Positions 12,463 to 25,399 of a stretch of DNA of 64,000 bases are shown here, piece after piece (the first letter of the stretch is position 1; each line of letters starts with the position of its first letter). The notes under the pieces are model-generated. The model saw nothing but the letters and a program-made list of their open reading frames with translations, was not told where the DNA came from and did no database searches. The DNA is from Felis catus (lineage: Eukaryota), in contig NC_058382.1 of NCBI RefSeq assembly GCF_018350175.1, positions 12,834,001 through 12,898,000 on the forward strand. Reading direction: 5' to 3'. The translations under genes were made by a program, and so were the position numbers.

Positions 12463-12849
12463 GGTCCTGGGTCTGGGTCCCCGGATGCTAGAGGTCAATC
12501 TGGAACCAATTTCAATCCAGGTATCAATCAAGGTCAGTTCTAGTTAGCTTCTGAATCCTCTGTTCACTTGCCTCTGGGTCACTGTTTCGAGAGCAGAAAG
12601 TTGATTGTCAGTTTTTGTGACATAGGCTCCCTGAGACCTTCAGGGGCACAGGTCTTCCCATCTCCATAGTCTCCCCTCCAACCTGCCCCGAACCCACCAC
12701 ATTAGCTTCTCAAGTTATGACTCTCCCCTGCTTAGGTCCTCCCATTGGAGGCTGAGCAAAGATGCTGACTTAATCAGAGTCACTGTTACACAGGCTGCTC
12801 TCCAGCCAGAGATAGTGAGACCAGAACAGCAAAGGTGTGTACGGAAGCT

Positions 12850-14700
12850 CACTGAAATACCACTAAATAGATTTGGGTTTGAAAAGGATATTTATCAGTA
12901 TTCAGGAGTGAGTAATAATGAACCTAGTACATATCACACACACACACACACACAAGTGCATGTAAAACCTGGTGAAACCTAATCAGGTCTACAGTCTAGT
13001 TAAGAGTGTTATACCAATGTCAAGTTCACGTTTGCATCCTACAGTTCTAGAAGATGTCCCTGTGGGGAAGTGAGAGGAAGTATTTACGGGTTTACAACTT
13101 TTGCAACTTCTTGTGAGCCAATAATCATTTCAAAATCAACTGGGTTTTTTTTTTTCAACTACAAGTCAAAATTTGGGACACAACTGAAGCAGTATTTAGA
13201 AGTAAATTTATAGTTTCAATACCTTTATCAGGAAACAGGATCGTTAAAAAATATGATCATGAGTTAAGAAGTTGTATAAGGAGCAACAAAGCATCCCCTG
13301 CTCCCCCCACCCCCCAAAAAAGGATAGAAATTAAGATAACGGCAGAAACCAGTGAATTAGAAAACAGCAGCAACAATAAAAATTATTGCAGGAAACTAAC
13401 ATTCTTTGGCAAGATCCACAAGCTAATTCTCCAGCAAATCTAATTAGGAGAAAAAGAGATGATGCAAATAAAATACAAAATGAAAAATAGGAAGTAACAG
13501 ACAGGATGTTTTTAAAAAATAAAAGTATCATTAAGAACTCTACATTTATAAATTTGAAAACCGAGATGAAGTCGGAGTGCCTGGATGGCTCAGTCGGTAG
13601 ATCACATGACTCTTGTCATTGGGATTGTGAGTTCGAGCCCCACGTTGGGTAGAGAGATGACTTAAAAAAAAAATAAAATCTTTAGAACACGCAGAGGAAG
13701 TGGATTAATTTCTAAAATAATATGAAATGTCAAGATTGGCATATGAAGAGTATACGCAATGCCTTAAAGCAATGAAAATGGCCAAGGATCTCTGGCAAAT
13801 TGAAAAGAAAAAGAGAGTAACCCCAGTAGGAATATGGGCCAAGCATAGGAAGAGACAATTCTCAGAAGAGCAAACCAGAGAGGCTAAGAAATACGTGAAG
13901 ACACCCGAGCTTAACAATAACCAGAGAAATGCAGTCTATCAAACTGTACATCTATCGGGCTGGCAAAGAACCAGAAAGCCGGAAGAAGATTAAGTGTTGG
14001 CAGCAAAGTGTTGGCAGCAGGGACTTTTGTGTACTGCTGCTCATGGGGTCGTTGGGAGGGGGACAGGACCTTCTTCTGGACCGTGAGGAATAAAGGAGTT
14101 GAGAGTTCTGATCGATGTTTCAGCCCCAAAGCAGTGTTGTGGGGAGGAGTCTGGCAATACTGAGTCAAATTAGGTTTACAAATACCCATTACGACTATAT
14201 CCTAGGTATGACGTAATAAAGAGCTCCACCTTCATCTACAAAGGAACGTATACAAGGATGCAGCATCATCAGGGAGATGGTGAGTCGAGAGCACTGTGGG
14301 CATCCCTCCCTGAGACTTAGTGAACACGCAACCTGCAGGGGATGCCAACCGTGGAATATCATGCAGCAATTAAAAGAAACTGATGAGATGTACACATAGT
14401 ATGTACGTGGATGGATCAAAAAAGCACAGTGCTGATTATCTTACATAATAACACAATATCGCTTGCGTAAGTTGAAACCACATGCAGAGGGGCATTGGCT
14501 GGCCCAGTTAGAAAAGGAGGGCATGCAACTCTTGATCTCGGGGTTGTGAATTCGAGCCCCACAATGGGTGTAGAAACTACATACATACATACATACATAC
14601 ACACACACACTTTAAAAAACACGTGCACATAAGACAGTGCACATATTGCAAGCACACACATGAACCAAAAGATACCCAGTAGCCACCTGAAGTGAGTGCC
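12850..14700 (+). mobile_element. Old LINE-1 fragments with two short CAN SINEs (~13574-13680, 14489-14615)
   Basis: A-rich L1 ORF2 and 3' remnants, e.g. AATTTGGGACACAACTGAAGCAGTATTTAGAAGTAAATTTATAG. Confidence 0.6.
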
Positions 14701-16099
14701 CACACGAGGGTTAGGGGATGAAAGTGGAGAATGATGATTACTGGAAAAACTAACGAAAACAATGTAGGTGGTACAAAGTTCATAGGCTTTGGACTCAAAG
14801 GTAGAGCAAGGTTAGAATCTTTACCCCTGCACTGACTAGCTGTGCAATCTTGCGCAAGTTGTTGAACTCATCCATAAACTGGATTAATAATACCTCTCAT
14901 AAGGTACTGTTGAAAATTAGTAAGATTATTAACATAAAGTGCCAGGCAAGAACTAAGCTTTCCATAAATGTCCATTCCCCGGTCTTTCCCTGTCTCTCCG
15001 CTATCTGAAGGAACAAGGCCAACCTCACTAGCTGGCATTCAAGCCTCCCGCACCCCACATTCCCCACCCCAGACTGGCCCCAAACAATCTTTGCAACTTC
15101 GTCTAGCACGGCTCCCCTGCACAGCAGTCCAGCTAGAGGTCACATCAGCAACCCTTTTCTGTCCAGAATGCCTGGCACACAGGCTCTGTAACACAGGAGT
15201 CTGTGGCAAACAAAGGCACTAAGACTCACAGAAAAGATGGGACACAGGAAGGGGCAATGAAGGCTGATGAAGGAGCACACACAGGGGTTGGGCCAATCAG
15301 AAAAGATGGCACACACCAGCCTGGAATGCAAAACGACAGGACCCAAAAATCTGAGCACAGGTGGAGACACACTCAAAAAAGAGTGGAATGAAATCCTCAG
15401 GGAAAAAGGATGGAGAGGATAGAGAGGTAGTCAGAGGAGATACTATCCCTACAAAAGAGAAACCATGCAGAGGAGGAAGGGTAAACTGATGGGCTGGAAC
15501 CGTGCAAGGGAGTCAAGAGGTGCAGCAGAGAAAGCACAAGAGGAGAGGCAGGAAAATGAGGCCTGGGGCACAAAGATGCGGTTCTGGGGGCGGGGGGGAG
15601 TGAGGGGGTGGGGGGGAAGGAGACAGGGCGGGATGCGCAGCGAGAAGGGGACAAAACAGAGGGTGGGAGGGAAATTGTGAGACACACCGAGAAGGCAGGC
15701 GATGATTACAGAGTGGAGCCCAGATGAAACTGATGAATTCTGGTGAAATCAGGGAGCGAGATGCACACGGTGGGGGGGGTGGGGGGTGGAGAGGGTGTCT
15801 ATGTCTATGAAGACAGAAAAACTACAGTGGGCGTCTCAGAAAGAAAGCGAAGGATGGGCGGGGGAGGTGGGGGTGGGGAACTGGGCCAGGCTATTTGGAA
15901 ATTAAGAACGTGGAGTAAGGGGGCCCGAAAATCAGCAGGGCAGACAGGCAGAGAGAAACTCCAAGACAATGGGGAAAATAGGAGTTAGGAAAATCAACAC
16001 CGAAACGGACGGTAAGAGAGACACAGAAAGGGGTGGGATAAGGGAAGGAAGCGGGAAAATGACCGGAGGGGAAACACATAAAAAAGACAAGGGTAGATC

Positions 16100-17260
16100 G
16101 GGAGTTGGGGCACAGGGAGAAAAGTGAAAGAAACACGAGCGTCCACACAGCGAAGAGGACACGCCCTGTCGAAGCCAGGAACGCCAAAAGGAAGGCCGCA
16201 CTGTGCAGCCCAGAGGGTGAGACTGCGCAAGCGCAGGCAGGTCCCAGTCAACGCCTGGCAGTGGGACCCAGATAGCCGTTTCTTGGGGGGCAGGGTCAGC
16301 CTCATCCTGGGAGCAGTACTCGACGCCCCATTGGCCACCTCTCCGAAAAGGGGAATAACAATCCGGGAAGGCAAGCCACAAGGGGCGGGGGAATTGGGGG
16401 GGCGGGGGGGTGGGGGTGGGGTGCCGAGACTCAACTCGACGCGCTATTGGCTGGCCTCACAGTCTGGTGCGGGGAGAAGAGGCCTGGAGGTAAGGGGCGG
16501 GCCGTCAGTGCAGGATCTTGAAGCGCACTGGTCGCTTGCCTCGGTGGCGTGAGGCGACGCTTGACGCTCATTGGTCCTTGTGAGAAGGGGCGGGAAAACC
16601 GGCGCGAGCGCAGCCGTTCCTCACGCCGCTTCCTCACCGCGTCCTTTCGCGTCCTCCTGACTGAGTCCGACTTTGCTCGCTCGCTCGAGGCTGTGGTAAC
16701 CGCGGGGCGAGGACGCGAACACGACCCCGCCCCTCCCTGCCCCTTCTCCGCCCTGTCTCTGGCGCTGGGCCCCCTCCGCCGCCTCCCCCTCGCGCTCCTC
16801 GCTCTCCTCTCCTCCCCTCCCCCACCTCACGGGGCCCCTCGGCGTGCTCCCCGTGCCTTCTCCTTGGGACCCTGGAGCGAGGACAGGCCGAAGGCCCAGC
16901 TTCTGAAAGGGGGTGCACGCGGGCAGCAGGCGCTCGAGGCGGTGGTGCATGCGGGGAGGTGCGCTGTGGGGGGAGGGGGGGCGGTCCATGAGATCCGGTT
17001 GCTGGGAACGGGCAAAGGCGCCCCAAGCGCCGCCGGGGCAGCGATCACAGGGTTGGCGTCCGACTTTGGACGCCTGTGGGTGCAAGAGGGGACTCCGTGC
17101 CGGGAGGAGGGGACCTGCGACCGAGATCGGGGCCTGGCACCTGGAAGGGGCTCAGTAAACGTTTGTGGGGTGGATGACAATCATTCCTGAAAGCGGGGGG
17201 GGGGGGGGGGGGGGGGGGCGGGGGGGCGAGGAATCTCTAAGAAGAAAGTAATCGCGGGGT
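16100..17260. promoter_or_regulatory. CpG island; probable bidirectional LYPD4/DMRTC2 promoter with a non-coding DMRTC2 first exon (donor probably at 16695/16696)
   Basis: High CpG density between divergently oriented genes; ATTGG boxes at 16446-16450 and 16570-16574; GC boxes; GGCGGGAAA at 16589-16597; GTG|GTAACC donor. Confidence 0.75.
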
Positions 17261-17815
17261 GGGGTGGGATCAAGAGAGTGTTCTGATGTAAAAGGGGGGC
17301 AAGGCGAACGTTGCCTCGCAGGACATACGTGAGGCTGAGAATTGAACGGGGAGCACAAACATTTGCAGGAACTGGATAAATGCACGAGGGAAGGATGATA
17401 GTTGCCGAAGATGACGGCAGGAAACATCATCGGATCGGGGCAGTGGGGGGAAGGGGGTATAGAATCCCTGGGGGTGGGGGGGAGAGAAGGGGCCGTGAAT
17501 GAGAACGAACGTGGGACTTGGGTGCGGGGAAAGCACAGGCGAGCAGCATCGAGTACCGTTTGCGTTGACGGAATATGTAAGAAGGGAGCGAGAAGAGGGG
17601 CGCCTGGCAAGACGGTGAGCCTTCTGGGAAGGAGGGTGCTCGAGGAAGGCAGTGGGTGAAGAAGGGAGAAAGCCAGGGAGGAAGCCAGGTGAAAGCTGAG
17701 CCCACAGACGGGTGGCAATGGAAACCCCTTCAGGTGTGGCCTCCCAGGGGCAGGAGGGCTGGTCGGGAGAGGGCCCATGTGGCCACCCTGACCTTCCAGT
17801 CCTGCCTCTAGATCC

Positions 17816-20800
17816 ATGGAAGCCAAGGAAGTGCCTGCTGCCCACCACTGCGCCGCAGACTCTGCCACTGGGGATGAGCCCAGAGCCCTCCCGGGCACAG
17901 AGCTTATCCCCAGGAGAGCTGTCAGTCGCTCTCCAACCTGCGCCCGCTGCCGAAACCACGGCGTCACTGCGCACCTCAAGGGCCACAAGCGCCTGTGCCT
18001 CTTTCAGACTTGCGAGTGTCACAAATGTGTCCTCATCTTGTAAGTATGAAGGAGATCCAGGGAAGGGAAGATGATGGGCCTCCTCTAAAGGGAGGCTAAC
18101 TTTTGACTCTCACCCCCCATTTTAGGGAGCGCCGAAGGGTCATGGCTGCCCAGGTGGCCTTGCGCAGGCAACAGGAGGCACAGCTAAAGAGGCACCTGGC
18201 TCAGGGACTCATGAGGAGAGGGGCGGCCCCTCCCAAAGCTCCTAGCCGTGCCAAGAAGGGAGCCACTCGACCAGGGGTCCCCTGTGAGTGTCTGGCCAGG
18301 GATGGGGCAGGGTTTGGGGTGGAAAACAGTCCCAGACCTGCCATTGGATTAGTGTGTGACCTTGGGCAAAGCGTTTCTACTCTCTGGGCCTCAGTCTCTC
18401 CAACTTTAAAATGTGATCACTGGGAGTATGTAGTGAGATCTGTGGATAGAAAAGGGTCACAGAGAGGGTCATGGGGAGATAAAAACTCAGTTTGCAGTTG
18501 GAGTGGGATGGGGGTCAGGAAAAAGGGCTCATCAAAACTCCCCCTGGTCCTTTATAGCTGGAAAGGAGAACATAGCACCCCAGCCTCAGACGCCCCATGG
18601 GGCAGTCCCACTGGCACTGACACCCCCTGGGAAGGTAAGGAGAACCTGGGCCGTGGGGGGGGAGTGACTCCTACACTAGCCCCTGCCCAGGCCCTTTCCT
18701 CTGTGCCCTCAACACTTGGGTTCTAGATTTAGCCCTGACTTGTAATATCAACTCCAGGCAAATCACTTCTCTTCTGTGGGCAAAAAATGAGAGAGTGGGA
18801 TTTTACAGCCCTCCAAGTCTAAAGTTTTGAGGTCCTGCCCCCATCCTAGAACATACTCATTCTTTCTCCAGGCTTGTACCTGAATCCAACCTGTGCTCTC
18901 TGCCCTTGCAGGATAACTCCCAGGGGCCTCTGCTGCTCAGCCGTCCCCCAGAAGCCTTGCCTTTGTCCTGGACTCCAATGCCCCCAGGCCCTTGGGCTCC
19001 TGGACACTGGCTTCCTCCAGGCCTTTCCATGCCACCCCCAGTGGTGTACCGCTTGCTATACCAAGAACCTACTGTCCCTCTGCATCCCTTTTCTGGTAAG
19101 ACGAATTCAACATTCAACAGATGTTTAAATGCCATTGTACCACTGTATCAGAAAGAGAAGAGGACAGGGTAGGAAGGAAGATAGAAGCCATGACCTTTAA
19201 CCCCTGTACCCTCCTGCATTCTCTTACCCTCATTAGACTTTGACCCTGGCACTTCCCTCCGGCTGCCCACTCATGGACCCCGCCCAACCTGCCCAGGATC
19301 TTGCCCGATACTGATGGCTCCTCTTTCCAGAGAATCCCAAGGGCCCTCTGCCTTGCCCCGCACGTGAGTAGGAAGGGAAGAACACGCGTTTATCATATGC
19401 CTGACCCTGTTCTGGACATCACAGCAGATGATATAGAAGATAAGGTCTTAGACCTTGTGAAGAGGAGCTCTCCTAGCTCTGCCATTGCCTTACTATGAAC
19501 CTTTGTACAAGTATCTTTACTCTCCCTGAACCTGGTTTTCTGTCAGGAAGTTGGAGACGCAATAATTTTCTTTGTGGGTTGTCATGAGCATTAGTGATAA
19601 TGTATGGAATGCACCTAGCACAAGCCCTGGCCTTGGACAAATAGGGGCTATTAAATCCTCTTAAACAGATAAGATGGAGTCGAATTGCCCGCTGAAATGG
19701 GGGGTGGGGCATGATGGTGAGAGCCTCCGAGGCCGAAGATAGAGGCCAGAGACCATTAGGGAAGGCTTCTTCAAGGGGTCCCAACCTGTTCCTCAAGTTC
19801 CATGGGGATTGGGGAGGGAAACTAGACTCTGGTAGGGCAGGAACAGTCATCCCAGTCCCTCCCAATGTTTGGTATGTTTTTAAAAACTGACATCAATGAT
19901 TTCCCATAATCGGCACAGTAGCGCTGGAGGAAAGAAGCTGGCAGATATTTTCATTTCATAGAAAACAAAGCAGGCCAAGCCAGGGGAAAGGACTTGCCCA
20001 AGTCCACAAAGCCTAATGACCCACCAGGCACTCAGACTCTCAGATCAGCATATGGCAAAATCCTGCCCTTTCTCCCATGTGTACATGTCTGTCCATGTGT
20101 TTAATCCCCTTGGCATCTTCTCTTCTTCTTTCTAGATGCTCGACTCTGATACTCCAGCCCTGTGGCACCCCAGACCCTCTTCTGCTGCAGCCACAGGTCC
20201 TGGGACCAAAGTGGGATCCAGGACCCTGGGAGGAAGTTGAGCCAGGGGAAGGGAACATAGGGGATAGTGAAGTAACCAGGGGCTGAGAGAGCACTTGGAG
20301 GGTGGGCAGAAGTGGGGGTTCCCAGTCTGTTTCTCTCCCTTTCTTTTGCAGGCGCCTGCAGCCTCTCGCCTGGCCTGGACCTCTGCCCCCTCAGAGCGGC
20401 AGCTGCAGCGGGAGGCAGCTGAGGCTCTTGTGGGTCTGAAAGATTCTTCCCAGGCTCCCCGCCTGACCTCTTCTGTTCCTCCCAACCCTGCCTGGATCTC
20501 CCTGCTCCACCCCTGTGGCCCACCAGGTAACCTGTTCCCTGAAAGGAGACGATGGGATAGAGACATTGGGAAATGGAGGTACCAGAATTAAGTAGGGACT
20601 AACCAAGGAGATCAGGGGGGTCAGCAGGTTGAACATCTTCAGACTCAGGCCCCAAGCTTCTCAACCTAGCTTCTGGAATTGCAGTTGAGAGTTGTTCAGT
20701 GGATTAGTTTTATTAGTTTCGTGCTCAAAAGCAAATGTCCAGTGCCCTGATGTCAAGGAAAATGAGGCCCCGAGAGAGGCAGGGACTTGCCCAAGGGCAT

Positions 20801-21673
20801 GCGGCAAGACAGTGGCAGACTTCAGCCCAAGGCTCGCTCTCTAGACCTATGCTGCCTGCTGTTGTCTCGAGAGGTCTGAAGAAGTAACAAGGGTCTGGCG
20901 TGGAAGGAGATCCGATAACTGCCTTCAAGGAGCTTCCATTTTACTTGGGGAAACTGGATGCCTTCACAAAGCTCAGTGACAGAGCAGATGGCTCAGTTGG
21001 TAGAGCGTCCGACTCTTGATCTCGGGGTCATGAGTTCGAGCCCCATGTTGGGTATAGAGATCACTTAAATAAATAAAACTTAAAATCAGTGACAAACCTG
21101 GAAAGAACTAGAAAAATCTTGAGGAATGAGACTTACGGGGACAGAGAGGGAAGGCTGAAGATCTTCCTGTCCAAAATGTTGAATTAGGCATGGGTACGAG
21201 TGAGGAAACCTGCATGGAAGAACTGCTGGAATGAAGGAGATGAAGCTGGAGAGACTTCTGATCATGGAGGTGTGGCATGCCAGGCTTAGGCATCTAGAGC
21301 AGCCACTGTGCATGAAGGGGAGCCAGGGTATGTTTCTGAGCTAGGCAGGGACATATTTAGATACCCTGAGCTTTGAAAGACAAGTCTGGTGGCTTGATGG
21401 AGGGATTGAGAGACAAGGTGGGAAAATCGGGGAGGAGGAAGTGTTTGCTATGAGCCAGGTGAACAAGGATGAGGCCTGGATTGGGTGGGGTAGAAAGAGG
21501 GGATTGCTGGGAAAGGAAATTGATGTGACTTAGTCCCACCCCCTTCCTTCTTGCCTATAGCTCCTGCTGGAGGAAGAGGATTCCAGCCTGTTGGCCCCTC
21601 TCTCCGCCCCAGCCCAGCCCCCTCCGTAGCTCTGCATATTGGGCATCTGGGCTCCATCTCCCTCCTAAGCTAG
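17816..21673 (+). CDS. DMRTC2: Doublesex- and mab-3-related transcription factor C2 (DMRT7), 372 aa
   Basis: Exons 17816-18039, 18126-18283, 18558-18634, 18912-19095, 19237-19363, 20136-20196, 20352-20526 and 21561-21673. All AG/GT and in phase, 1119 nt. DM domain [30 protein letters not shown]; C-terminal [13 protein letters not shown]...[14 protein letters not shown]. Confidence 0.96.
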
Positions 21674-22094
21674 AAGCCCAGAGGTTGAGATCTCACTTGA
21701 GCAAGGGGCAAGAGCCTGCAGTCACTGCATATTTGGTATTTTGCCTCTGGATTTATGCATGGAATATAATATAGTGCAAGCTTCCAGCTTTTTTTTTTTT
21801 TTTTTAAGCTTTATTGTGCTTTGTTAGCTTTTGGTTCCTTTTGTAGTGTGGGTATTTCCTTGACTGAAAGTGGATATCCTCTTACCCACTTGGGTCCGGG
21901 GACCTTTTTAAATACCCAACAAAGTGAGAGTTATGCAATTTAAGCTAACAAGTATCTAAATAGGTTTTTGCATGAGTTCATGTTCCAGAATATTTGACAT
22001 GTGATTCTGTACGTACTTGTGCACTTATGTCTGTCTCCATGCGTGCAAAAACAGGAGGGTATTTTCATTTTGTGTCTACGTTTGGGTGAGTAAC

Positions 22095-22182
22095 CGAAAA
22101 ATAAACCTTTGTTGTTTTAAGCCACTGAGACTTAGGGAGTGTTTGTTGCCAAAGCCTAACCTAGTCTATTCTGATTGACATA
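22095..22182 (+). mobile_element. MLT1 LTR 3' end containing the likely DMRTC2 polyA signal (AATAAA 22100-22105)
   Basis: AATAAACCTTTGTTGTTTTAAGCCACTGAGACTTAGGGAGTGTTTGTTGCC...TAACCTAGTCTATTCTGATTGACA matches the MLT1 terminal pattern. Confidence 0.6.
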
Positions 22183-22423
22183 AAGGACTTGTTCAGTTCA
22201 CTTTTCAAATTGAAAATAGTTATCCAGTAACTACCATAAATAAATACAAACTCGGATTTCTTATTATGGCTCGATAAGACAGATTGGTAGAGGGAGATGG
22301 GAGATTCAGTGACTCAACAATTAAGTGTCTGCCCTGTGCCGGGCATAGACACTTTCCAGCTGCCCAGAGGGCTAAAAATTGAAATGCATACAAGGCCAAG
22401 CCCATCACTTAAATGAGTAAAGA

Positions 22424-23367
22424 GGGGTGCTTGGGTGGCTCAGTAAGTTAAGTGTCCAACTTCAGCTCAGGTCATGATCCATGGTTTGTGAGTTCAAGCC
22501 TCGCGTCAGGCTCTGGGCTGACAGCTCAGAGCCTGGAGCCTGCTTCGGATTCTGTGTCTCCCTCTCCCTGCCCCTCCCCCGCTCATGCTGCTTTTCTCTC
22601 TCAAAAAAAATTTTTTTTTTAATTTAAGTGAGTACAGAAAGCTAGATGAGCCCTAGAAAACAGAATACATGCCATACCAGAGAGGGCAGCCTCCTTTGGG
22701 CCTTAGTGGATTGTTGCCAGGCAGGAATGTGACTATTGCCACAATTTCTGATTCCTTAAGAGAAGCTGGAAAACTGAATTTCTATATAAAACATATTAAT
22801 TTTCAAGTGTTGGCTCAGTTTTCTTCTTTAAATTCTAGGTGAGCTGAACAAAACATATCTTCAGGCCAGTTTTGGCCAAATGGAATACCTATAATGCTAA
22901 CATAATGTAACATTTTTTAAATGGGGAAACTGAGGCCAATGAGAATAGGAAGAATCAAGTTAGCCTTTTTCAAGGGCTTTATCTGAACTAGGGAGATTCA
23001 TGTGTCTACATTTTGAAGGACCTATGAAAGGTAAGAGAACATTATTACCATTTATTAAGTACCCCACTGTATGTGATTCACATACATGCTCACAGCAACT
23101 CTGTAAGCCATGCATGATTACTCCCATTTTACAAATAAAGAACACGTTTATTTTTTATTTATTTTTTTAAAGTTTATTTTGAGAGAGAGAAATAGAGCAT
23201 GAGCAGGGGAGAGGCAGAGAGAGAGAGGGAGACAGAGAATCCCCAGCAGGCTCAGTGATGTCAGCACACAGTCTGATGCAGGGCTTGAACTCGCAAACTA
23301 TGAGATCGTGACCTGAGCCGAAATCAAGAGTTGAACGCTTAACCAACTGAGCTACCCGGGTGCCCCA
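22424..23367. mobile_element. SINEC copies (~22424-22620 +, ~23147-23367 -) with MIR/L2-like remnants between
   Basis: Consensus SINEC motifs; the MIR core motif CCCATTTTACA is at ~23123. Confidence 0.75.
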
Positions 23368-25399
23368 AGAACAAGTTTAAAGAGAGAAAGTAACTTGCCC
23401 AACTATTTTAGGGAAAATTTCGAGGCAAATAAAGGAGGAAGTTTCCTTCTCCTTGCCAAGCCCTAAATCAATTAGATAATTTTTATAAAACAGAGTGAAA
23501 GATTCAGGACTCCAGCAGACAGGCATGAGCCCAAGGGTTTTTCAGAAAGTCTTATTTTTCCACTCAAGGTATCCTTAGATAATAAGCAGGTCGTACCTGC
23601 ATGTTTCTTTGTCCGCTGCTGTCAAGTCCTTCTCCTCGAACCATTCCGCACATGAAGACCTCTTGAGCTATTCCAAAGATATGAACACCTGGAGATCCCC
23701 ATCCCCGTCTCCACTCGTAGAAGCAGCAGACAGAAAGCGCAAGGGACAGGCCTGATCACCGATTCTTTTTCCTGAGGCCACTTACACTCCTCTTTTTATC
23801 CAAGATGATTGCTAGTGATGGCATTCAGTCACTGCTTGTTCTTTTGCGTCTGGAGCCTTGAAAAGATGGGCTGCTTCTACTGCCTAACATTACAGGGTAA
23901 CAAATCTGCAACACTTCTCAGGACTCAACACAAGATAATCAAAGGAGGAAAGCCTGCTTCACACTTTCCTTCCCTCCCCTTGTTATAACTTAGATATATG
24001 ATTGCTCCTTAATAGACCTGCCTAAGCCTTGCTGGGCCCTGCTCTCTCAAGTGACAGATGACCAAGCCCACATAGTCGCGGAGAAGGGAAGCGTTGCAAC
24101 AGGAAAGATGCCTGAGACCCTGCTACTCAGGGCTGACCAAAGGTCCCAGTACACCAAGGTCACACAGCTGGGAAGAGTAAATGAGAAAGTACAATGTGGG
24201 GTTAAGGGATGACATGAGAAGGTGGGGAAAGAGAGGACTGGGCGAAGGAGCTAGGGGCAGGCCACTCTTCCCTGGCCCTTCTTATTTCTCTGCAGTCCAC
24301 CTCCCCTCCCAGCCAGATCCTTAGGGCTTTTCACGCCATTGGCTAGGCCTACTTTGTCCATCACATTGTCAGGGCCTCCCCATTGGTGCCTGAGGGAGAG
24401 GGTGGAGACTCTGCAGGAGTGAGCCCTGGGGAAAAGGGCAGATTTCAGAATTGTTCCTGCTTCTCTCTGTCACTGCCTATTTGGGTGCAGCCGTCTGCGT
24501 CTGCTGTGGTTGTAGGGAGCCAGTGGGTTCCTGGCCTGTGAGCAGCCCTTAGAGATTAGAGTCAGTGGGCTGTGAGCACTGTTCCATGTGCTGCCACTTT
24601 CCCACTTCCCATGGCAAGGCGAGGAAAGGTGCCACCCAGGTCCAATAGGGTAGTGCATAATTCATCCCCCTTCTAAGCGCCTTTTGTGTACCACCCTGAC
24701 GTTCTGCAGAAATAACCAATGAGGTTCCAAATCTGAGGCGCCATCCCTCTGTCCAAACAAGATTGCCCCATCCCACCAGTCACCCACGTATTACTTCAGA
24801 AGTTCATTTCACATTCTGCCTTTTGAGAATCGATGCTCCTCCCTTCACTTCAGCCCTACGTGAACCTGGTCCACACGTGACCACAGTCCTTGTTCAGTGT
24901 AGAACCGACATCTTATCACCCACCCCATCCAGTTTCTACTCAGACCCTCATTACCTGGTCCATGCAGGCCTCATTCTGCTCCCCCAGCCCCTTGTGTAGC
25001 TGGCTCTGCAGCCCCCAACATATGTTCTCAGAAACACAGTCCTATAACCCATACCCTGCCTGGGCCCTAATGACATCCTGAGCTCTCCCCAAAAGCAAGA
25101 TTCCTCCTTTTCATCTGACTTAATGTCTCCTATAAACAGATCGGGCCAAGTTCCCTACATTCCTACATCCACAGGCCTGATCACCCTGAGCTGCGTCTGG
25201 CTTTGTGCCTCTATGTCTCCCCCTCTTAGTACTCTCAGGGAGCAGTACTTATTCTCAGGAACTCTCAGGGAGTTCCTCTCTGGAAACTCAGAATAAATAA
25301 CTAAATACATTCTGTCTGATTCCTTAGGAATTTTTTTTTTTCCTACAAAGTTGATAAACTCTAATGTTGCCTCTCCCCTCACCACAATATGAACAACTT

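Noticed and set aside
17152-18022. 250-278-aa minus-strand ORFs opposite DMRTC2
   Set aside because: No homology evident; GC-rich intron and antisense of the DM exon.
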